Shown: positions 1 to 14,746, numbered from the stretch's first letter. The stretch: DNA of 64,000 bases from Tubiluchus corallicola (GCA_030141605.1 JAQGDQ010000138.1:434001-498000), one strand, 5' to 3'. Translations and numbers: made by a program. Notes: generated from the sequence alone by a model not told the origin.

Positions 1-3000
1 TCACTCAGTACAAAGGACACACGACCCTGCATAAATCACGTGTGTAATCTTGTCTGCCCACCGCCTATTATTCACAACCCACAACAGAAATTCATCTCTC
101 ACATCCTGCGCCAGCAATAGCAGACAACCATCCCTACCCGAAAAATTACCTCACATTGTGAATTCATCAGAGGCTGCATTAGACGCTACTATCTGAGGCC
201 ATATTGTTAACTGTTTACCTGAAATAACAGTTCATTTTGCCCTGCACCTGTTAATTAGATAATTAATGCCTGTGGGGTAATTATGAGAGTTGAGCTTGCA
301 AGCACGCAAGACAAAAGACTGCTGACAGATAATGCGAAACAAAGCAACCCGCAATACAGTAATTCATTCTAATAAAGATCATGAAACGAAACATTGTTGT
401 AACCACTAGAACGACTTTTTTAACTTTCTATTTTCTTACACCATTCCACTGGCAAATTTAATTCGGTTTTTAATGATATGCGAGACGTGCAAGACGACAT
501 TGAAGTGTCTATATGTTAAGGCTACAGTCTATACTTCTTTTGTCTAAATCAAAGAAATGTGGTGATGAGGAATTCAAGAGATATTATTATAACATTTCAT
601 TAGTTCATTGTTTAGGCACCATACAATTTCTGAATTGCCAAGATCATATACCACTATTACTAGTACATGACCAGAAAGTTGAATTTGCCAGCAATAGGCC
701 TTCCGATTTGCAAAAGCTCTCGCTTGGATATTCTCTTTAAATCCAAACTGCATGACATCCAGACATAAATGAAATCTTCCTACGGAAAGGCAAATCCTGG
801 AGAAGACTAAGGATGTGATTACATCATGATTTCCCCCGATGGAAACACTCGCGACAAAATGCAAGACTAAAACGTCATGCTACAGAATCTGGTAAAAATA
901 ATGCGCTATAAAGCAATATAAATCAAACTGTAAGGAAGCTTTTCTTGAAATGATACAACGTTAGATAAAAATTGAATGCAAAGGGTTCCTTCTGGAAACA
1001 ACATCAGTTTCGATACGCCCTGTTCGATTTGAGAAGCCTAAACGTTTCGATTGTCAATCAGACAGAGTGGATCTCCTTCGTCTCATTACAATAGATTACT
1101 CATTCAAAATGTCTTCTTTTATTCAATTACAGACCACGTTCAAATAGAGGCATGATATTAAAGTATTGTGGAAGAGTTGAGACATTCAGCCTTGACAGGC
1201 AAGTGGGTAATGGTACATAGACTACACTTATACATCACGTATAATACAAAATTGCACATGAAATTCAATTCATAATGGTTTTATTGCAACACTAAATAGA
1301 ATCGCACCCTATACACGTCTCGTCAGAATTCACCTCATTCAGTGAAGTCTCGGGAGGCGTTGGACTAAAGTTCGAAGGCTGCGTGTGCACTATTCGAGGA
1401 TGAGGATAATTATTGACTTAAGCAGACGTCTCTTTTTATTGTCTGTTCTGTCCCCAATGAATTCTGGGGAAAGTAACTGTTGTTGTGCTAACACAGAAGA
1501 AGACAAAAGTACTACCAGTAATCTTCTAAAACATTTGTTGCGACAGTCCTGTGCACTTAAGAATCAGATTTGGTTGAAGTCGTTTAGGGATTTAGACGTC
1601 AGCCTTCAGTGCAAGAGAAATCTCTGTATAATTAAGTGTTACCTGATGTATAAATGCATAAGAAAGTTATTTTCGCTGCCTTACGATTGTAGTGACAGAC
1701 AAATGTGCTGTATTTGAACATAGCGTATTTATATGTTTTACTAAGGAAAACGATATATCCTTTTATGATGAAAGTTAAAAACTGCAACAACAATTTTCTA
1801 TGTCTCGGGATAACTCTGATGTTTTTATATTGCTTAAATTGCATAATAGATGAAGACAAGTTCTTTTCAGTACAAACTGTTATAATCGTAAATATTTACT
1901 AATAACCATTTTATTTTTTGCCACTAATAATAATAATAATAATAATAATAACTAATTACCACTAATCCTTATATTTTATTATGTGTGTAAATACTATGTA
2001 AATTATTTTTTACGTAAATTTTGTGTATATGTATTATGTGCGTTCTATGTATGTGTGTTATATGTATTGTGTGTGTTCTATCAACTTTTACTTCTAAATA
2101 AAAATGTTACTTACATACTGATGTCCTGGTCCCTGTATTAGGCTGGATAAAAATCTAACTTGCACATACTCGCGTCAGTATTTACTGTCAAAGTGGAAGA
2201 AAACCCAATTACATATATTTAAAACCTACTCACTGCACTGCAACGACGAACATTTTCCTCAAAGAAATTTGCACTTTCCCCACCCGACGTTTTAAATGCG
2301 TGATTTCCCCTGCTCACTTTTACAGCTACAGTTTATGATTTCGTAAATGGTTAAACAGAAATGTCCCGACTGTCCGCCGTTACAATATTTACATTCCCAC
2401 AAAAAATATCGATGGCAGTCTACAGATTATACAGTTGTTCTTGTTAAATAAATGCGTTGTCTACAGCGACTGTATCTGAATTTATGACTTGTTCAACTGG
2501 ATTCCTGGTGTATATGTTAAATTAGTAGCCCAGTCCAGAAGACCAATAATCTAGCACCAACTAATAATTATAAACTGAATATTCAGAAGTATTTTACTTA
2601 ATGCCAAAAAACGCCATTAAGTTTCACTGGGCATCTTCAAGGCAAATACTAACTTGCTTAGCAGCCTTACTTCACAAAGTACATCCAAGTACATGTTCCT
2701 GTATCACGCCAAATACACAAATAGTGTTTATTGTTTATATGTATAACTTTATGCAAAGAAAGGAGTCTACACTAATACATCAGCCCACCGAGTATTTCAA
2801 AACATCTCAATTTTAATCTTTCTCTTCGGCTGTAAATTATACAAGTTATTGGCTATCTAACTGCGAGTGAATCTGAACACTGTAGAATACTATATTGATT
2901 AGATAACGGCTATCTGTGCTACTAATATAAAAAAGATCAATCGAAAAGAAACTTCCTAACAGTGCGGAAGTTTTATCACGCAAAGTTAAAAACTGTAACA

Positions 3001-6000
3001 TTTCGTGGATAAAAGGCGCTTAATTTAACATTTTTTGGCTAGCTCACTTGTCCCTTGTAAATCTTTTATTACCTTACAAAACAAAACCCTCGTAAAAGTC
3101 AAAATATCCTTCGTTATGCACTACTCGAAGAGTTAATCTGCGTCAAACAGTAAGACTGTCGGTTTACATGAATCCCTTAAGCAAATGTGTGCCTTAAGCT
3201 CACTTCAAAGGACCTAGAATGAGTCCATTGTTTAATGTTTGCCAATATTCTGTTTTAACTGTCGAACAATTTATTGACATGAGACTTAGAATATTCAATT
3301 TGAATATCATTCTTCTACCAGCAGCTAATAATAATTATGAGAAGTATTAATTTATCATACAGCAGCATATTTTTAATACTGTAATACAATAATATTTTGC
3401 CAAATGTGTTGCCACGTAATGACAATGATAACGATGATTGATGATTGACGATTATGCGCACGACAACAGCAGCAGCGGTGCTCTTAAACAAAGACAACCA
3501 TCATATGTGATGATGACTGTTATGACGTCATGTATGCACATCAATAATAGTGCTAGTGATTTTTCAAAGTTTAGGACAAATAAGTTAAAAAATCTTGAAA
3601 ATTTTATCCACGAAAAAACTTTTTCCAGTAAAAAAACGAATAAAAAACGTTTAGCTACTGACGTCTAGCATATGAAAACTCACCTTAAAATGGTAATAAA
3701 TTCATAAGAAGTCGAAAATAAACCATAGAACAGCAAACATAAATAAAAATTATCTGTTTAACATGATTCAGTAGAAAATACCCATCAAAGTTCGTACAAG
3801 TTAAAAGTAATGCTTTAAAGCCAGTAAAAGAGGCAAGAGGGTCGACAAATTAGACACGGTCCAAGGCTCACTTATTACAAACACATGTACAGTACTGAGG
3901 AAAACTAAAGAAAACTAATGAAAAGACGAAAAACACATCCATAGCCTTACTCGAATTGTCAACTTATTCTAAAATTAACATACGCCCAAATGTACACAAA
4001 CTTTGATGAAGTAGTGCAGATTTGTAAAGAAGTTTACCCACAGCCTTTGACAATGCTGGGTGTTGTTCTTGATCCAACTAGTCTTTAGGAATTGAGGTTG
4101 GTCTTCATTGAAATGTTTGTCATCATTGTAGCTTGTTGGCCAAGAAAACGTACAAGCCAAGTTGGTTGCAACAAACTGATGAACAGATCTGGTAAGATTT
4201 TGATGTCAGTCATATTAGGTAGCTTACAAGATTCACACTGTTTAATTACTATCACAGTGGCTAGTCCACGTGTGTGCGTACACTCAATCACACATCGAAT
4301 GAAAGAATCGTTGTCTACCTGGAAATTTTTAAAACAGGCGGAGTTTAACAGGCTTTCCTTTCCAAGTTTAAGAGTGCACAGGAAGAGGAGACTATTTCAG
4401 TAAATGTAGTCGCCAATATCAACGTTGGTCATCATATGCTCAAGGAGTTCAACTCATGAGGCGGAAAGACCTAGCATAAATGTAATCCTGCACATTTAAA
4501 ACACAGACTTACAAAGGTAACGAAAGAAATGCTCATTCAATGATTGTATATGCTGGAAAAAGGTCTGGGTGGACCGGAGCTGCAGGCCTAATCCTGCCTA
4601 CGAGTAATCTAGAAATGTAGTAAGCTTCTCTGCAATACTATATACATAACTATATTACTCATAGATATACATACCATAGATATATCTATATTACTCATAT
4701 ATAAATATACATATATCATAAATATCTTTATATTTGTCAAGATATATAAGTAACTATATTAATTCTATATATATGTTTTTACATCACAGATTCAAAAATT
4801 AATACATTTGGAAATTGTTAAACATTTAACAGCACCGGTATAAAACAAATGAATTCAACATAGAAGTCAAAAACATACACCAATGTCTGTCAGTATAACT
4901 ACTTTCATACGAAATAGCTTCTCAGGTATCCAGAAAGTCTGTAACTGCCCCTTCAGGTAATTAAGGTCTTATCTACGAGCTTATAAAATGCAGCTTCGGC
5001 ATAAAAGTAAGAGTTAGGGTATTGTGTACGAAAACTTTAAACCCTTCAAAGATTAACTCCGGTGCACTTAAATGTCTTAATGACCATGCTTTTCCAAGGA
5101 ACGATCCTTAACCCTTGCCTCTGCATTTTAAAAGCATTGAATCTTCTATGATAAGCACATTTTTATGCAGCAGTTAGACATTACTAAAACGGATGATGCT
5201 GGAATTTATTGTAATTTCTTCCTAACAGGGTTAATAACGACCAGGTTAATAGCCTCGGCATGAAGAATGAAACGACAAACCCAGCGGAGACCTTCCTGCA
5301 TCCAATTACCATGAAAATTTATACCTGTAAATTCGCTGTAATAACGTCTGGCTGGTGTGTCTTAACTTGGCGATACTTGAGCTTTGCCAAGGCTACAATG
5401 TCCGCAGGTAACGTACACACAGGTAAACTCAAACATGGCTAGGCCTCAGTCAGTAAAAACATACGCAGCGTACAGTTACAGCAAGAGCAAAGTACAGTAG
5501 TCAAAATGGTTCAAAGTTGTTCAGATAAAACGACGAAAATGCTCATTGCCGATTGTCAAACAGTAAAACCGTGTAAAAGCTTTTAAATTAAATGAAAACA
5601 ATAAATCACTTAAAAATAAATGGATGACGTAATTAGCTGGCTTTAGGTGAAAGCATTAGGTCAGTGCCCATAAGGGGGCTACAAGAGAAAGTGCATATAT
5701 GTATATGAATAACAAGCCAAATGTATGTTCGCTGGAATGTACTTAGCTTTCCGTGAACAAGTAGAAAACCTGTATTTAGTCTCGGAAGTATCTTGCTCAA
5801 CAATTCGATCTAATTTTTGGGTCGAACAATTCTTAAGTCATTTTTGTATGCCAATTCTAACTAACATCTTTTTGCAAATAAGCTTAGTACGTTCTTTTTA
5901 AACTAACTGGATGAGTTTTACCTGTGCTTTATTTTTATTTTTGTTTTCGAACTTTAACGTTTGAGATAAAATAAATAATAGTAGTAACAATAATAATAAA

Positions 6001-8229
6001 AATAACAAGAATAACAATATGAAAGCAACGACAACGACAACAATAATAATAATAACATACTCAAAGATAAGAGTTCATATAACTAATTTACTGCATATGG
6101 GATTTTCTAGAATAAGACTATGAAAAACAGTAAAAAACAACCTACTGGCGTTTATAAATTAGTCATGAGAGTTTTGACAGCATCTAAAAGACATAAAGTA
6201 CACAGTATGAAAATAATTTTGAAAACTGCGTATCGTAAAACGCATAATACGAAGTCAACGCAACGATTAAACGCGATGCAAGATTACAAATTAAAAGAAG
6301 AAACCGACATAGAGAACGAAAAAATATAACACAAAGGTCCACATTTTTTATATTCATAGAGCTAAGTTCTTTGACTGTCCAAATTGCCAATAATTTGTCG
6401 CATCGCAGACCGCGTACAATCTCCGTTCCACACTAGAAAATTGTAGGTCACTGATTCTGTTGATTCATGTAAGCCAACCATTAACTTGTATTGAGTACAT
6501 TAGGAGAAATGACTGTGCGAATAACGTTTAAATCACTCCCTGGGACGATGGCATTCATTTAATTGTGAGACACCAAGAACGCTGGTATGGTTACAGCACC
6601 ACGAGAGATGCAGCAGAGATAATTCGAAGACTGGCAGCTCAATATAGAATAACAGTTACATGTATTTGGAAGGAAAAAGTAATCAATATTAGAAGACGGG
6701 AAAAATTCTTTCAAAGAACCATTTCATGAATAATGTGCGCTCATTAGTTCTTGTCACAAAATAACCATGCATGTAATGCAACGTTTTAGCATTTTAGCAA
6801 GCCAAAAGTAAAGGATGATGAATAGATAAAACACATTTACTAATAAAGATACAAGTATTTGAGAGTGTGAATATCTGTGAAAGACTGAAACTCCCCAGTA
6901 ACAAATATATTGCCGACACTTACTAATAAACACTTACAGTGAATTAGCAAGCAGATTTAGACTGGGAACATTGACATAGTTAAATAATTTTTTCTTGCCA
7001 ATGTTAAAGCAACGCAAAAAACTGGCGGTGTGAAAACCATGCTTTTCCTCGATGGTCGTGGATGATGAAGGAAGTGCAATTTTCATTTTTAGAATTTTTA
7101 AACTTAGTGTTAAAGACAAGGATGTTACTATATTATTGTAGTGTTCATCAAAGTATAAGCGGTACGCGACCACATCGACTGACACGTCACTTGTCTTTTT
7201 TCTTCCCCCACCCCCTTGCTTCCTCATGTTGCCATTAACCTTATAACACATGTATATGCCAACTCGAATCTTTTATGGATTTCTGTACTGACTAACATCG
7301 TAATTTCCGCCTCAGATTTCTGCATAGATTCTTATGAGAGGTACATATATATAGAGGATATCAAAGTTCAACCAGCACCGCAAATACACAAACTCTTTAC
7401 GACAAAGAGTCATAAAGACTCCATTGATGTGAAATCTTTAGCCTGTACCGTCGGTGACAAGGGAGCACTGTTGTTGCTCGCGCTTCCAACAAGGAATTAG
7501 CATGACCATGTGTAGTTGTGTATACGTCATTAAATTTTACCAATTTCGCCGGGGAAGCATGTTTGAAAAAGCGCTGAAAGGGTGAAGTTTGCAATATTGC
7601 ATCCTCTTCGAAATGACTTAATATTTAACGTTTATTCAAATTACAATAAAAAAAGTCTGGTGATTATCTAATTAAGAACAAACTGGTATTAGTTTAATAA
7701 TAGGAAAACAGCAAACGTTATTACATTACTGCTGGTGCTTTGGCAGAGTATATTACATCAAGCAAATCAACTCAAGTAATTAAGCATTCACGCAAAATTT
7801 ATAATCGATAACCAAATGCAGAAATTAACCAAATTGCACGTAGAACTGTACATGACTCTGGCTATATACTGACTGATAAAATCTTTCCTTTAATTTAGTT
7901 GACGAGTAGTATAGACTGGATCTTTGAGTCTTCCAGACTCGGTATTTCTCAAACACTTCCTCCTGAAAGAGCATTATGTGCAAATTGACTCCGTGCAAAT
8001 AGTCGAAATTTATATCACAGCCTGGCTGGAATACCTAAAAGAGCTGCGGCGAATATATACCTGAACAATGCAGGCACACAAATAAAACATACATGCACAC
8101 TTATCAACAAAACACGCCTATACTTTGACGAACCAACTAAAAGAAAATACAACAAACTGATTCACACTGTTTAACGTAAGACCTTTTGAAGATGAAATCA
8201 CCTCAAAACGTGTTTCAAATATTTTGATA

Positions 8230-8233
<4 letters not shown>

Positions 8234-8268
<35 letters not shown>
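8234..8268. repeat. (TA)n microsatellite
   Basis: Pure TA dinucleotide run seen directly. Confidence 0.95.
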
Positions 8269-8271
<3 letters not shown>

Positions 8272-8471
8272 CTATATATGTACATGTAAAGAGAAAATAT
8301 GCATGGGAAAAGTATGCCTAATAGCACGTGATCCGCTCTTTCCCACGACCAAATACCTCTGTTATAGTAAAATTTCAATGTTATCAAAATTCTTGGAACT
8401 GGTTGATTTTCTACAATGTTGCTTTCTCTCATATTCAGTTAGGCAATTAGGTTCGCACAACAATCTGCTCG

Positions 8472-8500
8472 ACAACAACAACAACAACAACAACAACAAC
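8472..8500. repeat. (CAA)n microsatellite
   Basis: ACAACAACA... run seen directly. Confidence 0.95.
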
Positions 8501-11420
8501 GGCAAAAGTTGCCAGTTTACACTATGGGCTCATTGAACAGAATATTTACGTTTTTTTCAATTTTACGAGTCAAACGGCTTATATTTAAACGTCCAACCAG
8601 ATGAATAGCATTACATGTACAAAACGGACGACAAATTTAGCGAACTAAAACCGTATTTATCAGGGTGGGTAAATATTACGTGCGACTTTTGCCATTACAC
8701 TTGGGCATGCGATGATGCGGAATGTACAAGGGCACTTCGCAGCATAATTGAAAAAAGCCTACTAATTGCTATCTATGAGAACAAAAATTACAACAAATGT
8801 ACAAAAAAACAGAAACGACCTACACGCTGTTTTTCGCAATATTTGGTTAACTTACATACGAAACAATCAAAATATATATGAATATCGAGTATTACAGTAT
8901 AATGATGCTATAATATACCCATTAATATCAGCTTAAAATCCTCTTAAACGAAAACACAATTGTGTGCTTACAACAGCAACAGATAATAAGCCACGAAGTG
9001 CACAAAATGAGCCAAGTTGTGCAACAAACGGCAATAAACGTTTGTGACCAGAATAGCAGACAAGTGTGGGAACGAGTTAAAGATATCATTAGCTAAAGCC
9101 GCCTCGTTAAAGCTTGACCAACGGCTAATAAACCTAATCTTAACGGCGATTTCATGAAGTAGAATTGGCGAGTTAGACATTGGGCATGTCACTGACTAAC
9201 AGCCTTGCGATAAATACAAAAGTAAATGAGCCGCATAGTCCAGGATGGCAAGAAGTGTAAAATATCGCTCACCCCGAACGTTGATCAAAGGTCTGGAGTA
9301 AAGATTTTTGACGCACGAAGTCGGTATAAAATCTACTAGTGCTTCACAACTGCAGATTTTATGGTTCTTCAACTATCTGTCTTGTCACAATGACATGACT
9401 CGTTTCTTTTACACGTACATGCAGTTTAACATTACAAAACTCCAGCCAATTTTATTGTTATAATGAACGTTATCGAGATGTGAATGTATCGTAAGTGTGC
9501 ATCTAATGACGCTTACTGAAAAAACCATCACTGATGTCGTTAGTGACATTAACATTAATTAAAAGTAGAAAAACGTAAGCCGTATCCGCCGCATTTCAGA
9601 ATAGGCTAGCCGCTTCGAAATTCGTTATAAAAATGACTTGTTATTTCAAAGAGTAAAAAGTTCATTAATTACGCTGAGCTGCGGATTTATTTGCGACTCA
9701 AAAGTCGATTAGCCAAATGCAGGAAAACTGCAATATTAAATATTAAAGCATGGAGCCTGCATTCCGCTAGTGTCAGATAGCCCACCCAGTGAACCATGTT
9801 CATGATGTTTATCGGTATAGGAAACAACAGGAAGGCGCGACACAAATAACCAGAGCGCCACCCTGATTATTTACGACATATGCAAACACAGCACATTCAA
9901 TCAGACCACAAGCAAAACATTTAATTAGACTACGTGACTGTACTAAACAGTAAACATTTTGCCTTAAAGCAAAACCGGACCCAATCCTAAACTGAAGATC
10001 AAAACAATCTACTCTTTAAAATATTGAAAAGGAAACATACTGTTCTTTCAAAAATGATGTACGTGAAAGAATTATTATCACACAAACGCGTTTGTTCCAC
10101 TAGTTCTTCACAGTTACATGCACTAGCGCCTGTATTTCGGGTGCTGCTATAATCACACAAACGCATTGCACAAAAAAGGTGCTGTACCTCTCAGTTCAGA
10201 GATGTTCGTTTCTGACGTATTGCACACGTTCGACAGCTCGTGCGTGAGCACAGAGGTAAATTTGAAATTTGAATTTTTATCTTAAAGTTGCCGAGTTTTA
10301 GTACAGCACACTGAATGTCTTATAGAACTACTTTACTTAAATTTTCGCTTTGGCAAATGTGTACAACACGTTCATGGAATGTTTTTGCTGCTGAAAATCA
10401 GGTTCGTTTGTGATGTCATCAACAATTGGGCTCGCCCGATGTTAATTTTGCAGTATTATTGGCGTTAAAATGTATAGTTTTCATTGTACTTGAAAATAAA
10501 ACACTATATAAAAAATTATCGTGTCTTCCTTTAACAGTCACTTTGCTTCTCTGAATTAGCTGTAAACATTCACCATTTGTGAAAGTTCGGCAAGTTATTA
10601 AAAAACTTGTTTTTGAAGGCAACATTCTGGCTTACAATTTCATGATAATCAGCACAGTTATATTGAAAAAAGTCATGCAGGTAATGGAAGTCACATGAAA
10701 AAAATAATAGCCATAATAGTTATGTTGCCACTCTAGATTTCGTCTCTAGAGCAGAAAAGGTTTATAAAAATATAATTATAATAAATAATCTGACTAATAT
10801 CTACTAAAAATCATATTCCAAATAAACCAAAACATACTTCGAAAACTTTGTGACAGCTAATCAAAAGCAGAAGATTATATAGTACAACATGCTAAAAAGT
10901 TAACCAAATTTTCCAATCCCAGATGCAGGCTTGTCAGGGCTCTAATAATGTTACCGTTGACCAAGCACGCCTCTGTGAAAATCTGTAATGTTCAGATCAA
11001 TGCAGCGTGCAACATATTATACAAGGGGGTGCGGCGAAATAACGCCCAGACATTTTAACGAATTTTGTATTGTAGGTATGCCCAGATTTTGGTGACTTTT
11101 GGCGGTCACTAACCTTTTATTTTGATTAAAAAACAAATTCACTAATTACCGATCCTACATGATTGAAATTCGAAAAACAAAAACGGCATAACGTGACGCA
11201 AAGGTCTTGCATTGTAGTGAAAAAACAAGAACAAGTTTAGTTTGTTGAAGATTAATTTGCTTAGAAATAAAATGCCACCGTGTGTTTATTATAAGCCACA
11301 TAAAATAAGCTCTAAACTTAGTCCTTTTTGAAAATGCAGTTGAAATATTTTAGAAAAAGCTAACTCACAAAAGTGGCGGAGTATGAAGCTTAAAAAATCA
11401 GGTATGCTGACCCGGGACGC

Positions 11421-11561
11421 ACTGTCATTCACGAGCGCCAAATTTTGCACTAGAAACACCGTGCTATTTCAGACTATGACGGAAGCTGTTGATGATGCTT
11501 GCATATAGTCTGAAACAGCACGGTGTTTCTAGTGCAAAATTTGGTGCACGTGAATGACAGT
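11421..11561. repeat. Long inverted repeat / miniature foldback element
   Basis: Left arm ACTGTCATTCACGAGCGCCAAATTTTGCACTAGAAACACCGTGCTATTTCAGACTAT matches the reverse complement of the arm ending at 11561 over about 57 bp with 3 mismatches; short spacer. Confidence 0.85.
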
Positions 11562-13411
11562 TATCAGCTTAGGTTATATAATAAAGATTATTAGGTCTAG
11601 TTAATCTGACACTGACAGTGATCCCTGATCCCACCCAGCTGTCGCTGGTTAAGAGCATATTTGAGAGAAGTGGCTCCAGTCCATCCATTCACGCTGACAT
11701 GCGCGCATGCATACCGTTTGCTGAATGTGGTCCCCATTTCGGCATTAATAAATCAGTTAGGCTTTACTCTGCTTGAGTGTTCGCCAATGCAAAGCGAGTC
11801 AAACCAACAGGGTTCCTTTGTTATTTTGACCAAAGGTCTCAAGCGATTTTCTGAATGTCACTCAATTTTGACATAAAGAATCGGTTGGCATAATGAAAAC
11901 CATGCCAATATAACAATTACTGTTATTAGCGCGTAACTTTTTCCTCTTTAGCATTCCTAAGCATTACTGACGTCCGCAGAAACGGAAATTATCAAACTAT
12001 ATTAATGCCAACCTTATCTGGTTCCTTTAATTAAATCTCACTTTCCCTGAAATTTATGGTGCTATAAAAGATAAGCGCTTTGAAAAAATTTTGATAAATA
12101 AACGCACCACATACTAACGTAGATGTCGCCCCACTATATTTACATTTGTGGGTGGTCTGAAACAAGTTAGAGACATTTCTAAGTAAATTTGAACTCTAAA
12201 AATCAAACTTAGCTTTTAGTTTACTCATATCACATTGTTTTATTCCTCTGTAGTTTATTTATGGAGACTTTTTAGTTTATCTTTGGAGATAATGAAACTG
12301 TTTCATTAAATTAACCGTAGAATCAAGAAATATAAAGCGGCGTGTGACTGCGTGAGAGGCCACTGCAAATTGGAGTTTCACACTTTGGATGGTCCATTTG
12401 AAAAGACTGGACATACGCAACAATGGACGGGCAGTGAATGGCCCCAACACCTACTTCAATTTAGCCGGCGGCCGGTGTACAGGTGCGATTAACGGCTACG
12501 ATGAAGATACATCCCGCGATGTTTCCGGCTACAAAGAGGACGTTTTTCGTCAGCGCAGGTTGAACCGTAGAGTAAGGGTGAAGAGGGCGTGGAACTACAC
12601 ATGAACCAGGGTGGGCGTGTTGCCAAGCTGGCACCCCTCAAATGTTTTCTTTTTCTCAAATTGCACTAAAAAAACTAGGATGGAGCGGATCAAAAATAAA
12701 CAAGCTTAGGCCTACATATATACAAGATGGATAAGCAAAGCGATGCAAGTTTACTGCATTCCGTGAAATGCTATTACATCAGAACTAGAATAAAAGTATA
12801 ATTATTAACAGGGCAGAAGTGTCTTGAGAAGCTACGTCGACATAAGCGTATTTAGACTTAAAAACAATAAGACAAATCTTTTTATAGTTTAAGTTCACAT
12901 AAAAACAGTAACCTATTTTATTTTGAGGCACAGTACGTTTTGAAATATAGCAGCAAAAATATGTCGCCAAAAGTATGTTAAGTTGTGCTGACTAGTATAA
13001 TTTTACCTTACATCGTGGATTTAAATTTACAAAATGAGGCTGCACATCTCGTTGCTATGTTTACTATTATAGTCTTCTCAGTTTGTACTTTTAGATCACT
13101 ACTTTTCTCAAGTGAAAATTTACTTTAGCGCTAAAATCCTGGAGTTGAGCCATATTATGCTTACTTAAGAGACTATTAATTTGTCAATTTTAACAAAGGT
13201 CGCCATCATTAAAAGAAAAGATAGAAAAGCCATCAAAAATTATCAGAACTTTAAAGAGTGCATCAGCATCACTCATCAGTAACAACACCCAACAGTCTAA
13301 TCGGGATAGAGATGAACAAATGTCTAAATGCAGCTAATAATTAGTTTTAAAATGTATCATTGAAAATAATGTTAGAACTTACTAATTCTAAGATTTATTA
13401 CAAAACATTAC

Positions 13412-13868
13412 CTTTTGATGCCATTTCAGCAGCTGCCAATGTATTTATTGTGACTCTTACAAGACTGGAATTCAATTTTAAATGTTTTCCATTTCTTGAA
13501 AGAAGAAATATTCGCGTGTCTTTTTCCCTGATTTCACTAGAACACATTCTGGGATTCCCAAAACCGTCAACCATTATCATGTTGTGCTGAGGTCCTTCCA
13601 TTAAATTAAGTACGTCGTTCTCACCCTTAAAAACCCGTTTTACTTCAACTTCTCCCATATATGGCTTGCCACTGTGGGGCTCTCCATACAATTTCTCTAC
13701 AGTCCCAGTTAGCACTACATTAGCAGCTTCTTCTCGTCGTTCCAATGCCCCCTCGTCACAATCATCCTCCAACCGCCTACGCCGGGTACCATTGCACGCC
13801 ACCCAGAAAGTAAAGAAAAACACAAATACACACACAAGTCTACAAATATCATATTTGAAATATGCCAT
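13412..13868 (-). CDS. AGRN: Agrin, first coding exon (signal peptide + N-terminal agrin NtA laminin-binding domain); remainder of gene lies left of the window
   Basis: ATG at 13868 gives MAYFKYDICRLVCVFVFFFTFWVACNG...[24 protein letters not shown]...VEVKRVFKG...VDGFGNPRMC...DTRIFLL...LNSSLVRVT, closely matching vertebrate agrin NtA ([25 protein letters not shown]...GFGDPLIC...DTRIFFV...LNSSLMRIT). Acceptor TTTTCAG before 13982; phase-1 donor AG|GTAATG after 13412. No Kazal/follistatin exon found in 1-13400. Confidence 0.9.
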
Positions 13869-14746
13869 ATTGCAATAGCCCAATTACTATAACCTGCTGT
13901 CAGATTACGCCTCCTCACATGACTCTATGGAATACGCAAGACATTTCCTTCCAAGGTGCAAATAGCCTTCAAAAGTCATGATCTGAAAATTGAAAAACGT
14001 TATACCATAGTGAGGTGCCATAACGAACAAGATACTAGTAATCAAAATAACATAAATTGATATGAAAGTGCATGATGAAGGCTTGCACATTTATAACAAA
14101 TGTAACCAAAAATGGTGTCCTTATGCATTGATACCCTTTCACAATTTTCAATGTTTAAATAATAGCAATAATGTGTTAATGTGTTGTAAATAATGAGTAA
14201 CATAACTAGAGGTTAGGTAACCTAAATCCAGAATAAAATTATCAATTTCAGTTTATTGTTCAAATATGCAAATTACATTACATTGAAACATTGGCAAGAG
14301 CAAGACAAAAAATATTATTATACTGTACATGTAAAACTGCAGATTACAACATTATAACGAAATTGATCTACTGCTACTAACTAGCTATTATGCGGCACAG
14401 CCAACTAGTACAATTATATTTCTTCCTCAAAACCGACTTAGAATTCAGCTGCCCCATGACACTTGATAGTAATGCTGGATACTATGATTAATCACAGCAG
14501 ATTACAAAGCTTCAGACTACACAGACACGCTAAAGATTTAACTTAACTATGGCAAGCTATGATTACTCCAATGCGGTTCTAAAGTACTGTACCCTTCAAT
14601 TCAAATAATTTCAAGTATTTGAAAAAGTGGCAAATACACAAGTGTATGCACTGCATGAAAGTTATAGTAAAAGTTCTATTAAAGGAAAAACGAATATACA
14701 TTGTACCGTACACTAAAATGATTTTTGAAGTAAAAAAATAACATAC

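Noticed and set aside
1030-1075. GAAACGTT hammerhead-like motif on the minus strand
   Set aside because: No proper CUGANGA at the right spacing.
1-13400. Short ORFs in the agrin intron (e.g. 1385-1717, 4092-4403, 6934-7251, 12389-12604)
   Set aside because: No recognisable domains and no Kazal/follistatin cysteine pattern; consistent with random ORFs in intronic DNA.
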